This document shows, in pieces, positions 7,884-15,539 of a stretch of DNA of 17,430 nt. Position 1 is the stretch's first letter, and every line of letters starts with the position of its first letter. The position numbers and the translations under genes are program-made. The DNA is from a virus, in IMG/VR virus record IMGVR_UViG_3300033405_000098. One strand, 5' to 3'. The notes under the pieces are model-generated. The model made no database searches and was not told where the DNA came from. It saw only the letters and a list, made by a program, of their open reading frames with translations.

Positions 7884-8108
7884 CTATTTTTCGAGTCCGT
7901 CGCTGCGGTATTCTTCGGCGTCCATGGTGTTGTTGCGGACGATGGCGAAGAAGCCTTCCGTTTCCACTTCAGTCTGCTTGTGGAAAGCATCGCGGCTACC
8001 AAGAACGGTGTAAACTTCGATCTGGTCGCCAGTTGGTGTCACTTTGGTTACGGTGTACTCGTGTGTCGAGTAGGCCATTTTTCTGCTTCGCTTTGCTTTG
8101 GTTGTCAT
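7884..8108 (-). CDS. hypothetical small protein, about 74 aa (MTTKAKRSRK...)
   Basis: ATG at 8108 gives an ATGA overlap with the upstream gene. Basic N-terminus. Confidence 0.5.
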   Translation of the reverse strand: MTTKAKRSRKMAYSTHEYTVTKVTPTGDQIEVYTVLGSRDAFHKQTEVETEGFFAIVRNNTMDAEEYRSDGLEK

Positions 8109-8386
8109 AAGGTTGTCCGTTGAAGAGTAATCCATTTGTTATTGGTGTCTCGCAGGCATCCTTGGTCACGCGCCAGAATCATCGCTTCGGAATACACGTA
8201 GGTGGGAATGTAAAAGACATTGAATTTAAGCGCATCTGCGGTGTCTTCGATGTCTTCCCAAGTGACCATAACCGAAGCCCGGTCGGGCCTATTCTTGGGG
8301 CCGAAACTGCGACATAAACGGTTGTGAACCAATTCCTTCGTGATCGTAAGCAACAGTTGTGGCGTTAACGTAGGATTGTCTGCCAT
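8105..8386 (-). CDS. hypothetical protein, 93 aa
   Basis: ORF. AGGATGAGG lies upstream of the ATG at 8386. Confidence 0.55.
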   Translation of the reverse strand: MADNPTLTPQLLLTITKELVHNRLCRSFGPKNRPDRASVMVTWEDIEDTADALKFNVFYIPTYVYSEAMILARDQGCLRDTNNKWITLQRTTL

Positions 8387-8421
8387 GGCCTCATCCTACC
8401 GCCGCAGCTAAATTTTGGCAA

Positions 8422-8970
8422 TTACTTTTTGAAGATAGATTGCCACTTCCACTTCCTGAGTGGTTCAACATCGGACAAATCAGGAAGTTCCGGTAGTGGG
8501 GGCAAGGGCGGTAACGGTGGAAGCGGCGGTAGGGTGTCAAAGATGCTCTCCGGGCGCGGGTTTATCACCGAATACTTTTCCCGGTCGGCCGGATCAATCA
8601 TGTCTTCTTCCATCAGTGCGCCGGGATCGCGGGGGTCATGCGGTTCTAGCGCCGTGTGGGGCCCAGCAAAGACACCGTATCGCAGACGAGCCGTATGGGA
8701 ATTGCCAATGTCGCATCCCCCACAAGTACGAGAGAAAGCCCATTGCCGGAAACAGACCTCAACGCCGCATCTCATGCACACGAACGGCGGCGTGAAGCGC
8801 CAGCCACGAAAATCTATGTAGATGTCCCTTGGCATTGGCGAATGCAGATGATCCATGCCTTCAGGGAATGGACAGATAGGATGCTCTGCGGTTGGCGCGT
8901 GAGACTTCTTGCACTCTACGCACCAGTATTCCCTGTTCTTACGCGGATCGGCTGGATGCAGGTCATTCAT
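8422..8970 (-). CDS. Cys-rich protein with a C-terminal (PPL)4 repeat, about 182 aa
   Basis: Start MNDLHP at 8970 overlaps the stop of the upstream gene (ATGAATGA). It carries CVEC, CMRCG and CGGC pairs and LPPLPPLPPLPPLPELPDL. The 9090 start would give an unnatural S/T/R-rich extension. Confidence 0.6.
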   Translation of the reverse strand: MNDLHPADPRKNREYWCVECKKSHAPTAEHPICPFPEGMDHLHSPMPRDIYIDFRGWRFTPPFVCMRCGVEVCFRQWAFSRTCGGCDIGNSHTARLRYGVFAGPHTALEPHDPRDPGALMEEDMIDPADREKYSVINPRPESIFDTLPPLPPLPPLPPLPELPDLSDVEPLRKWKWQSIFKK

Positions 8971-9220
8971 CGGGGTTCTCGCCGATTTTGGTGTTGATGT
9001 CCTTGATTTCGTCAAGGTTCTCTGGCAGGCGGGAGTCTTCCATGTCAACCCAAACACTCTTGTTTGGGATGCCAATTGCATCCAGCACATCTTCTTCTTG
9101 GATACTGTGGCCTTCTCGGACTAGCTTACCGTCAACGTAGATTCCAACCCAATCCCCGGAGTTGTCGTGGACAATGACAATGTTACTCGTCGGCTTCTTC
9201 GCCGTACTCTTCTTGGACAT
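8963..9220 (-). CDS. hypothetical acidic protein, 85 aa
   Basis: Natural-looking composition. Purine-rich GAGAGAGAAG upstream of the ATG. Overlaps the upstream gene by 38 nt. Confidence 0.55.
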   Translation of the reverse strand: MSKKSTAKKPTSNIVIVHDNSGDWVGIYVDGKLVREGHSIQEEDVLDAIGIPNKSVWVDMEDSRLPENLDEIKDINTKIGENPDE

Positions 9221-9809
9221 ACTTCTCTCTCGCGACTAGGCGTTTCTCCGCTAATGCGTGCGCTTCGCGGATGGCCTCGCCTTCAGAACCATCATACTGA
9301 TGATAACATCCAAAACCGGAAAGTGGGTGCTTGCAGGCGGTTACCAGTCCCATGAGCACTCGCGCCAGCGCGATCTGATCCGCTTCTCGCTTTTGTTCTT
9401 TCGTGGAAAACTCCGGTGGTGTCCGTCCCGCCGCCTTGGACATTTTCCGCATCAACCTATGGGACGTGACGTGGTTCGGGACGAACGTAGAATACCTCTT
9501 CTGGCAGTATTGCCACGCATCATCACTCAAAAAGAAGCTGTAGCGGAAGCTCTCTTCCTCGAAAGCATCTTGAAAAGTGTCCAGCAGTTCACTTTCGGCC
9601 TTCGTCAACTTGCGCTTCGACTCCACCCTGCCGTAGTCATCGTAGGTGCCGTGGAACACTTGCGCGTCGTTCCCCCACCAAGTTTCACTGGAGCAGAGCC
9701 ACATCATCGTCCACGGCTTGATGTCTTTTGGGAGAATGACCAAGTGGCACTTTTCTCCGGCGTAGATCGGCGTGTTGGTGAAGGCGCATACGACGTCGTA
9801 ACAACCCAT
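9183..9809 (-). CDS. hypothetical protein, 208 aa
   Basis: Long ORF on the operon strand. Confidence 0.7.
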   Translation of the reverse strand: MGCYDVVCAFTNTPIYAGEKCHLVILPKDIKPWTMMWLCSSETWWGNDAQVFHGTYDDYGRVESKRKLTKAESELLDTFQDAFEEESFRYSFFLSDDAWQYCQKRYSTFVPNHVTSHRLMRKMSKAAGRTPPEFSTKEQKREADQIALARVLMGLVTACKHPLSGFGCYHQYDGSEGEAIREAHALAEKRLVAREKYVQEEYGEEADE

Positions 9810-9810
9810 T

Positions 9811-10503
9811 TTATTCCCTCGGTTTGCTGTTCGGACACCAGTGATTAAGGCACTGATCCTGATCGTTCTTTCCCTTGCGGGACTCCTCGTTCCGCAGCTT
9901 GCAGCCGCACTTTTTGCAGAAGCGGGGAACGGGGACCGGATCGTAGTCCGGGTGCGTTTGTTTCCACTCCCACACGCGCAACTTGTGCGCTTCGCATCGC
10001 TCGTTATTCTGGTGATACACGAAAGGGAAGTCCGGGTACTTCTTGCGCGTCTTGGTGTAGAAGTCCCCTTCGTTCGGGCCGAACGCGATATTCGCTTTGC
10101 AGTGCTTGCAGGTTTTGGCTATACGTTCCGCGATTGGCTCCCGGTCTCTTTGCAGATCATACCACTCACGCCGCCGCGACTCAAAATGGCGGTCAACTTC
10201 TTCGGCGGCCGCACGGACATTGTGCCCCAGCCATAGTTCCGTTTCATGATCGAGTTCAAGCTGTTTCTCTGGGGAAACTTCCAGATAGCCATGCGTGATG
10301 TAGCTATAGATTTCATTGCGCGGCACAGGCTCCGCGCTCAAAGTATGGGTCATTTTGTTGACGATGACTACTTTGATCGGGCTGTCGCCGTCACAGTCGC
10401 GGGGGATCATTTCGTCGCGCAGCTTTTCAACAGCTTCCGCGAACTTTTCGAAGGTATCGAGGGGGATGTCGCCCCAGCTTCCAACTCGTTTTGCTTTACT
10501 CAT
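9811..10503 (-). CDS. hypothetical protein with a Cys-rich C-terminus, about 230 aa (MSKAKRVGSWGDIPLD...)
   Basis: ATG at 10503 preceded by GGGGTGA. C-terminal CKHC...CEAH...CKKCGC...HWC clusters. The N-terminal extension to 10650 looks out of frame. Confidence 0.65.
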   Translation of the reverse strand: MSKAKRVGSWGDIPLDTFEKFAEAVEKLRDEMIPRDCDGDSPIKVVIVNKMTHTLSAEPVPRNEIYSYITHGYLEVSPEKQLELDHETELWLGHNVRAAAEEVDRHFESRRREWYDLQRDREPIAERIAKTCKHCKANIAFGPNEGDFYTKTRKKYPDFPFVYHQNNERCEAHKLRVWEWKQTHPDYDPVPVPRFCKKCGCKLRNEESRKGKNDQDQCLNHWCPNSKPRE

Positions 10504-10666
10504 TGAGATCACCCCTGAGAGTCGGGAAGAACAACGGCTGCGATTCTTGAACTTCAACGCCTTCCCGGTAACGCTTCCAACTCCATTCATGCTCAGCAAG
10601 CCACAAACGGCCCCAGCAGTCAATGAAGCTGGACGCACGGTCGGTGACACGCTGCACGCGCAGCAT
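10496..10666 (-). CDS. possible small protein, 56 aa (MLRVQRV...)
   Basis: ATG 4 nt after the upstream stop. It fills the gap between flanking genes. No clear SD. Confidence 0.3.
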   Translation of the reverse strand: MLRVQRVTDRASSFIDCWGRLWLAEHEWSWKRYREGVEVQESQPLFFPTLRGDLNE

Positions 10667-10670
10667 CGGT

Positions 10671-10976
10671 CTACCGCCCAGCAGTTTTTGGATCAGAAGG
10701 TGCATTCAATTGGTCTTCATAGAAAGCGAAAAATTTTGACTCAGCAGCGCTCAGTGGCGGCACGCCAGCGATCACCGCACGTAACTGCTCGATGGACGGT
10801 GCGACCGGATACGTCCGTGCGCCGACGAATACTTCATCGTCCCAAGAAAGAACCGTCACGTAGCCCCAGCCTAGTTGCTTTGCTGCGCGTTCGGCCTCGC
10901 CGCTGGTATCAAAAGGACCATACTGAGCGCCTGTTCCCCACGTTTCATCCGTCTGCGCCACGTAAATCTTCTGCAT
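10671..10976 (-). CDS. hypothetical protein, about 101 aa (MQKIYVAQTDETWG...)
   Basis: ATG at 10976 overlaps the stop of the upstream gene (TGATG). Confidence 0.6.
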   Translation of the reverse strand: MQKIYVAQTDETWGTGAQYGPFDTSGEAERAAKQLGWGYVTVLSWDDEVFVGARTYPVAPSIEQLRAVIAGVPPLSAAESKFFAFYEDQLNAPSDPKTAGR

Positions 10977-11317
10977 CACTCACTCCCAACCGGGTGCCAG
11001 TCGCTCTTGCGCAAGAGCACGTGTTCTCCGGTGATTGAATCCCCATACAGCAAATCCAACTGTTCAGTCGGCTTCAGCTTGTCATGCGTAAGCTGATCCA
11101 TGACGGCACGCTCCGCGATGAAGTGAAGCACGTGGCTGGCTTCCGCAAAAACCTTGCGCATCTCCACCGGAGTGCTCTCGTCCCATACCAGCCGGACATC
11201 CGTAACCATGAGCACGCCGTACTTCTCAAGGTCTTCACGCGTAAAGCCCCAGCCGTTCCGCTCACGCTTCTCTACCGCCAGCGCGTCAAAATCGTTGACT
11301 GTGAATCCTTCCGGCAT
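10976..11317 (-). CDS. hypothetical protein, 113 aa
   Basis: ORF. TAATG overlap with the upstream gene. Confidence 0.65.
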   Translation of the reverse strand: MPEGFTVNDFDALAVEKRERNGWGFTREDLEKYGVLMVTDVRLVWDESTPVEMRKVFAEASHVLHFIAERAVMDQLTHDKLKPTEQLDLLYGDSITGEHVLLRKSDWHPVGSE

Positions 11318-11661
11318 TACTGACCCTGCTTATTCCATCGGATTTGTGCGCGGTCTTCCGGTGCGAGCTTGGCGTGTTCAGCGCGATATTTTTTGGCGAA
11401 ATCCCCAAGTGAAACTTCCGGCGTTCCACCAAACTCCCAAAGCGGGCGCTCGCCATGACCTTCGCTGATGGAGTTGTTTCCGAGCAGGTTTTGCATTGGT
11501 GCCAGATCATGCTGGTCCGCGTGACGCGGGTTGCTGGGCGGCTGATAAGAAGGCCCGTTGAGTGGGCTGATGGAACTGTACTGCGCGTGGGCAAATGTGC
11601 AGCCTAAGAACAGCAGGACTACGAGCAAAATTATGAACGGCATTACGTGGCGTTCTTTCAT
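11317..11661 (-). CDS. secreted protein, about 114 aa, with an N-terminal signal peptide (MKERHVMPFIILLVVLLFLGCTFAHA|QYSS)
   Basis: Positive N-region, hydrophobic core and an AHA-Q signal-peptidase I site. The FLGC is a weak lipobox-like alternative. ATGA overlap with the upstream gene. Confidence 0.6.
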   Translation of the reverse strand: MKERHVMPFIILLVVLLFLGCTFAHAQYSSISPLNGPSYQPPSNPRHADQHDLAPMQNLLGNNSISEGHGERPLWEFGGTPEVSLGDFAKKYRAEHAKLAPEDRAQIRWNKQGQ

Positions 11662-11888
11662 GGCGTCCCCTTTCCAAGTTCTCCCTTGGCGTGACCTACA
11701 TCGTGAAACCCAAAAGACCTCAGCTTCTTTATGATGCTGTCGCATTCAGCTTCGATTCGATTTAATTCTTGCTCTAAAAGAATAGTATCTTGCCTAGCTC
11801 TGGCGAGCAAAGCAGCGGTGTTGCGGCGGGCTTCATAGCACGCCACACCATCCTGTACTAATCGCTCGACTTGTTCGCGGTTCTCCAT
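11658..11888 (-). CDS. small coiled-coil protein, 76 aa
   Basis: ATG at 11888 overlaps the stop of the membrane gene (TGATG). Heptad-like, E/R/L-rich sequence. Confidence 0.55.
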   Translation of the reverse strand: MENREQVERLVQDGVACYEARRNTAALLARARQDTILLEQELNRIEAECDSIIKKLRSFGFHDVGHAKGELGKGTP

Positions 11889-12085
11889 CAATAGAACTTT
11901 GGCGGGTTCCCGGCTGCGATATAACCGAGTAGCGCCGCGCCGCCGAAGAAAACCGCGTAACCGTTGTGATGCAGGAGCGCCGCCAGTCCTGCGAAGGCGA
12001 TCAGCACCAGCATGAGCTTCCGGCTTTCACCGAGAGCCGCGAACACCAGCCAAGCTATGAAAATCACATCACCGATCTTTTTCAT
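11888..12085 (-). CDS. small membrane protein, 65 aa, 2-3 predicted transmembrane segments (MKKIGDVIFIAWLVFAALG...)
   Basis: Hydrophobic segments. ATG at 12085 with GGGTG upstream. The ORF-track start at 12094 is a GTG. Confidence 0.55.
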   Translation of the reverse strand: MKKIGDVIFIAWLVFAALGESRKLMLVLIAFAGLAALLHHNGYAVFFGGAALLGYIAAGNPPKFY

Positions 12086-12440
12086 CCAGAGCACCCAAGT
12101 CCGGCTCCGCGTTCGGGTCCAGTCCAGCTTGACGCAGGATGCCGCCTAAAAGCAACGTCACCGCGATCTCACGGTGGAAATCGTTCAAGTGGTCAACGAG
12201 TAATTGCTGCTCACGCTTACCCAACGTGCCAACCGCAGCCTTGAGAACCATTTCGAGTGACGCCAGAACTACACTGGTTTCTTCCGTGTCCACGACGTCG
12301 ATGATCTTCCGGCTGAGCGTGTCAACCTTCATTGCGAACTCAACAAACTTCGGGTCGGCGTCTTCGGGAATGCCGTCCAGTTCCGGCTTCTTAAACTCAA
12401 CAACCTTCGGGGAGAGAATGCCTTTCTTAGCTTTTGCCAT
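12069..12440 (-). CDS. hypothetical protein, 123 aa
   Basis: ORF with GAGGG about 8 nt upstream of the ATG. First gene after the 96-nt gap. Confidence 0.65.
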   Translation of the reverse strand: MAKAKKGILSPKVVEFKKPELDGIPEDADPKFVEFAMKVDTLSRKIIDVVDTEETSVVLASLEMVLKAAVGTLGKREQQLLVDHLNDFHREIAVTLLLGGILRQAGLDPNAEPDLGALDEKDR

Positions 12441-12536
12441 ATCAGTAGCCCTCGCTAAGAGTATACTACGGGCGCGTTGCTGACGTATAGCAGCGTCCGA
12501 TGAAACCTTCCGTGAAGTGGCACTATTCCTCCTTGG

Positions 12537-12896
12537 TTACCACCACATCTTGACCAGCACTGGCTCGTGCAGAGCGTCTACACCACGGGCTTCAAGCCAA
12601 AGCCTGTACTCTTCGATTGCTTCTTCAAAAGTCGGCGGGGTCTTAGCTTTGAAGGCTTCCAGTTGTTCTTTGCCGCCTGAGTAGCAGTACGAGTCAGGAT
12701 GCGAGATGCGCTCGTTATACTGCTTTCTCTGGTTGTCGCCGAACTCGATAGCGTCTACGAAGCGCTCCCACCATACTTCGTGGATCAGATCATTCGGCGT
12801 CTCGTAGATCACCGCCCACAGCAAGTGGTAGACGGCGGGAGTCACTTCTGGATCGTGAATATCGAAGTACCAGTGCTTCTTCATCGGCGTCGCCAT
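12537..12896 (-). CDS. hypothetical Trp-rich protein, 119 aa
   Basis: ORF. TAATG overlap with the upstream gene. Confidence 0.65.
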   Translation of the reverse strand: MATPMKKHWYFDIHDPEVTPAVYHLLWAVIYETPNDLIHEVWWERFVDAIEFGDNQRKQYNERISHPDSYCYSGGKEQLEAFKAKTPPTFEEAIEEYRLWLEARGVDALHEPVLVKMWW

Positions 12897-13093
12897 TAGT
12901 CTCCTACCTTTTCAGCTTTCCCGTCGATGGCGTTATCAATACACTCGCGCCAGTCTTTACCACGCACGATGTACCAGTCCGAATCACTGAACCACCGGAT
13001 GTAGAAAAACGCAATATGACCGTCCACGACCCTGTAGTCCAAGTCCGCGCCGCCGTGGTCGAAAAGCCATTCGAGTCTCGCGGAATCGTTCAT
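12896..13093 (-). CDS. hypothetical small protein, 65 aa
   Basis: ORF. ATGA overlap with the upstream gene. Confidence 0.5.
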   Translation of the reverse strand: MNDSARLEWLFDHGGADLDYRVVDGHIAFFYIRWFSDSDWYIVRGKDWRECIDNAIDGKAEKVGD

Positions 13094-13404
13094 TTTCGAA
13101 AGACTTCCTTTTCAACCACTTTACGTGCGCGATCTGTTGCGGCATAGGTGTTGCCGCGCCAGTCTAATTCTATCGCAGCCAGCCAGCCCCAAGAAATGTA
13201 TTTTTCTACGGTGCCCACGTTGCAGTTCACGTGAGTCGGCGATTGCCCTTCGCCGTTGGAATAGCGGAGATACGCGCCTTCGGAGTCAGGTCTGGTGCCA
13301 TGCCAGCGGTGAACGGTCACCCCCGGCTTCACCATCTCTGTGAGCAGGTCAAGTTGCTTTTTCGTCGGCTTCGGGCCAAGCGAATCTGGCGGTAGGGGGA
13401 TCAT
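13090..13404 (-). CDS. hypothetical protein, 104 aa
   Basis: ORF. TGATG overlap with the upstream gene. Confidence 0.6.
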   Translation of the reverse strand: MIPLPPDSLGPKPTKKQLDLLTEMVKPGVTVHRWHGTRPDSEGAYLRYSNGEGQSPTHVNCNVGTVEKYISWGWLAAIELDWRGNTYAATDRARKVVEKEVFRK

Positions 13405-13631
13405 CAGTTGTCATTCTCCGTCAGGCGCTTGCCGCAGGACGTGCAGTTGTAGTCGCATTCTTCATACGGCGGATGCACCGAGTTGTAATCGAAGCAATTG
13501 CCGCGACCGTCCGGCCCTTCGCCAGTGATCGCTACGTTGCCGTACTTCTTTTCGGCAGCGGCTTCCGACTTCGGAAAGCATCGCTTACAAAAATCTTCGG
13601 GATCGGAACATGATGTGTAAATGCGTGGCAT
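13404..13631 (-). CDS. Cys-rich small protein, about 75 aa (MPRIYTSCSDPEDFCKRC...CTSCG)
   Basis: ATG at 13631 forms a TAATG overlap with the upstream gene. Eight Cys. Confidence 0.55.
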   Translation of the reverse strand: MPRIYTSCSDPEDFCKRCFPKSEAAAEKKYGNVAITGEGPDGRGNCFDYNSVHPPYEECDYNCTSCGKRLTENDN

Positions 13632-13879
13632 TATCGTGGCTCCGTGAGTGTGATACATTTTGGGCAGGTTGTGCAGGGGCCGTTATAGCCGCAGGTTTTG
13701 CAGTGGCGCGGCAGGTCAAGAGTGTACGAGATGCCGTCAGGGATGCTCTGCTGTTCTTCGTACTGACCTTCTACGTGGCTCTCGATGTTGCCGGAGTCCG
13801 GGTAGACTGACACACCGCGAGCACGAAGTTCCAACTCAACAATCTTCAGCACTTCAGAGAATGGGACGGTGATCTTCAT
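13631..13879 (-). CDS. small protein with a C-terminal zinc-ribbon-like CKTCG...CTTCPKC, about 82 aa
   Basis: ORF. GGGGTGA lies at the tandem ATGs. First gene after a 60-nt gap. Confidence 0.55.
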   Translation of the reverse strand: MKITVPFSEVLKIVELELRARGVSVYPDSGNIESHVEGQYEEQQSIPDGISYTLDLPRHCKTCGYNGPCTTCPKCITLTEPR

Positions 13880-13942
13880 CACCCCAAGTATACTCGAAAA
13901 CGGGGAAAATAGGCCAGAAATAAAGCTTTTACAATGAGTGGT

Positions 13943-14149
13943 TTAGCCGCGAAGAGCTTTCACGACTTTGCCGTCCTTGACATGCAGGCTGATGCGGAGC
14001 GGATCGTAATCCGCCTTCTCGGTGTGAAGGGAGCGACCATCGGCCCAGACAACGCGGGAATCGTAGCCGTGGTCTTTGATCTCAGCCTGCGCCTTGATGA
14101 GTGCGAGACCGACGAAAACATCGGGGTCTTCAATTCTGATGATTGGCAT
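13943..14149 (-). CDS. hypothetical small protein, about 68 aa (MPIIRIEDPDVFVG...)
   Basis: Natural-looking ORF on the operon strand. No clear SD. It competes with a plus-strand antisense ORF. Confidence 0.45.
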   Translation of the reverse strand: MPIIRIEDPDVFVGLALIKAQAEIKDHGYDSRVVWADGRSLHTEKADYDPLRISLHVKDGKVVKALRG

Positions 14150-14167
14150 ACACAAAGGGTTCAGGTA

Positions 14168-14461
14168 TTACAAACCTGCGATCTCACGAAGAATTTTTCG
14201 AGCTTCTTCATCTGCAATGGTTGGAGTGTGCTCGCGGAAAAATTTCGTCATAGGGTTTTCGTTAAGCACGATCACGTAACGTTCGATCCCACCCCACTGC
14301 ACCACAACATGCACAGTGATGTCTTTGAACATGTATGCACGCAGATGAGGCCACTTCGCCAGTGTTTTATCGACAAACAGTTCTGGAGGCCCTAACGACC
14401 ATTCCTGCATTTCGGCGAATTCTTGGGGAGTGACATGCAACTCAGGCTCGTTCAAAGTCAT
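14168..14461 (-). CDS. hypothetical protein, 97 aa
   Basis: Natural-looking ORF on the operon strand. Confidence 0.6.
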   Translation of the reverse strand: MTLNEPELHVTPQEFAEMQEWSLGPPELFVDKTLAKWPHLRAYMFKDITVHVVVQWGGIERYVIVLNENPMTKFFREHTPTIADEEARKILREIAGL

Positions 14462-14589
14462 AATTCAGCCGAAAAATGAGAATGTAACTGTTGCGAACTG
14501 CTGGCACGGTTCTCCAGCGGTAGAACCCACGCGGGTCGCGTTCCACGCCAACAAGGTCGCCGATGAATTCAAGGTCGCTTCCGGCTGCG

Positions 14590-14754
14590 CTAGGAAGTTC
14601 GAACCTTTGTTTCCACCGGGTAGCCGTTTCGTTTGCAGAATCGGTCAAGCGGTTCCTTATGGCGGTACACTTTGTCCGCCGGGTCAAACTCTACTGGTGC
14701 GCCGCACTGGTCACACACCAGAATTGCCATGAGTTGTTCTTTGAGAGTAGCCAT
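14590..14754 (-). CDS. possible 54-aa zinc-ribbon protein (MATLKEQLMAILVCDQCGAP...RFCKRNG), below the ORF-track cutoff
   Basis: Own translation. ATG 3 nt after the upstream stop. CDQC plus a downstream Cys. It competes with an overlapping, R-rich 81-aa ORF. Confidence 0.4.
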   Translation of the reverse strand: MATLKEQLMAILVCDQCGAPVEFDPADKVYRHKEPLDRFCKRNGYPVETKVRTS

Positions 14755-14757
14755 TTA

Positions 14758-14967
14758 TCAGTGATCGCCCCACTGTGAACCAGCATCCTTTGGATAAAAC
14801 CACATTTCCGTACCGCACTGTCCACATTCAGACCGAGCCATTGCCCCTTCGCGCTGGTCATAGGTCGGATGAAGCTCGTTTTCTTTCGCTTCCCATACCG
14901 CGCCGCATTCGTTGCACTCGCCGCGCCAGATTTTCTCTTTTAGCTTACCTTGCTTGACCTGTCTCAT
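14758..14967 (-). CDS. zinc-ribbon protein, 69 aa (CNEC...CGQC)
   Basis: GAGGT lies 4 nt upstream of the ATG. Two CxxC pairs. Confidence 0.6.
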   Translation of the reverse strand: MRQVKQGKLKEKIWRGECNECGAVWEAKENELHPTYDQREGAMARSECGQCGTEMWFYPKDAGSQWGDH

Positions 14968-14969
14968 GA

Positions 14970-15539
14970 CTACCTCGAACTCGAACGCCGTAAATATTCA
15001 CGATACGAGTAATCGTCTTTTTTAGACATGAACTCTTGAACCATTTCAGTCACGCGGTCGTTGAGTTTTTTGATTTCCTCGTTCATGTTCTTCTTGTACC
15101 ACTCGGCTTCTTTACCTGTGTCGTTGCGATGCGCCAGCCAACTGTCGTCCAGATCGCCCACGTATCCCAAACAGTGCTCGTACTCATCGGGTGGAATAAC
15201 AAATAAAGACTTCACCCAGTGTGCTTCTGTTGCGGGATACCCTTCGGTGGGTGTGCCTTCGTCCGCTGGCACAAAATCATCGTGAATTTGGAACTCGAAC
15301 TTACCCATCCAAAAGCGTAACCGCCAGTGTCCAGCGGCAAAGTAAATGTCCCACTTACCATCTGTGATGGACGGCCAAACAATTTTTGCACGCTCTTCAG
15401 GCGTCTTGGGGAGCTTCGCTTGGTAAGCTTTCTCTTCCGCCGCCGCTTGACGTTCAGCCCGTAGCTGCTTTGCCTTGGCGCTCCTAACGTTCTTGGTAAC
15501 GGTCTTTTCCAGCGTGCTCTGTGCTTTCTTTGCTTTCAT
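14970..15539 (-). CDS. hypothetical protein with a Lys/Ala-rich basic N-terminal tail, about 189 aa (MKAKKAQSTLEK...)
   Basis: ATG at 15539 gives an ATGA overlap with the upstream gene. The upstream extension to 15686 looks out of frame. Confidence 0.65.
   Translation of the reverse strand: MKAKKAQSTLEKTVTKNVRSAKAKQLRAERQAAAEEKAYQAKLPKTPEERAKIVWPSITDGKWDIYFAAGHWRLRFWMGKFEFQIHDDFVPADEGTPTEGYPATEAHWVKSLFVIPPDEYEHCLGYVGDLDDSWLAHRNDTGKEAEWYKKNMNEEIKKLNDRVTEMVQEFMSKKDDYSYREYLRRSSSR

Noticed and set aside
9258-11038. Plus-strand ORFs of 196 aa (9258-9848) and 240 aa (10316-11038)
   Set aside because: Antisense shadows of minus-strand genes. Low-complexity R/S/P-rich translations.
11317-12085. Calling a canonical holin-endolysin-spanin lysis cassette
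   Set aside because: No endolysin (glycosidase, amidase or peptidase) is recognisable nearby, and the coiled-coil protein lacks the N-terminal transmembrane segment of i-spanins. The module is kept only as an envelope-directed candidate.
13934-14395. 153-aa plus-strand ORF
   Set aside because: It competes with two natural-looking minus-strand ORFs (13943-14149 and 14168-14461) that fit the operon strand. The choice is less certain than elsewhere because the minus ORFs lack clear SDs.
14442-14687. 81-aa minus-strand ORF
   Set aside because: Arg-rich and unnatural in composition, with no internal start. It overlaps both the start of the downstream gene and most of a better-looking 54-aa zinc-ribbon ORF in another frame.
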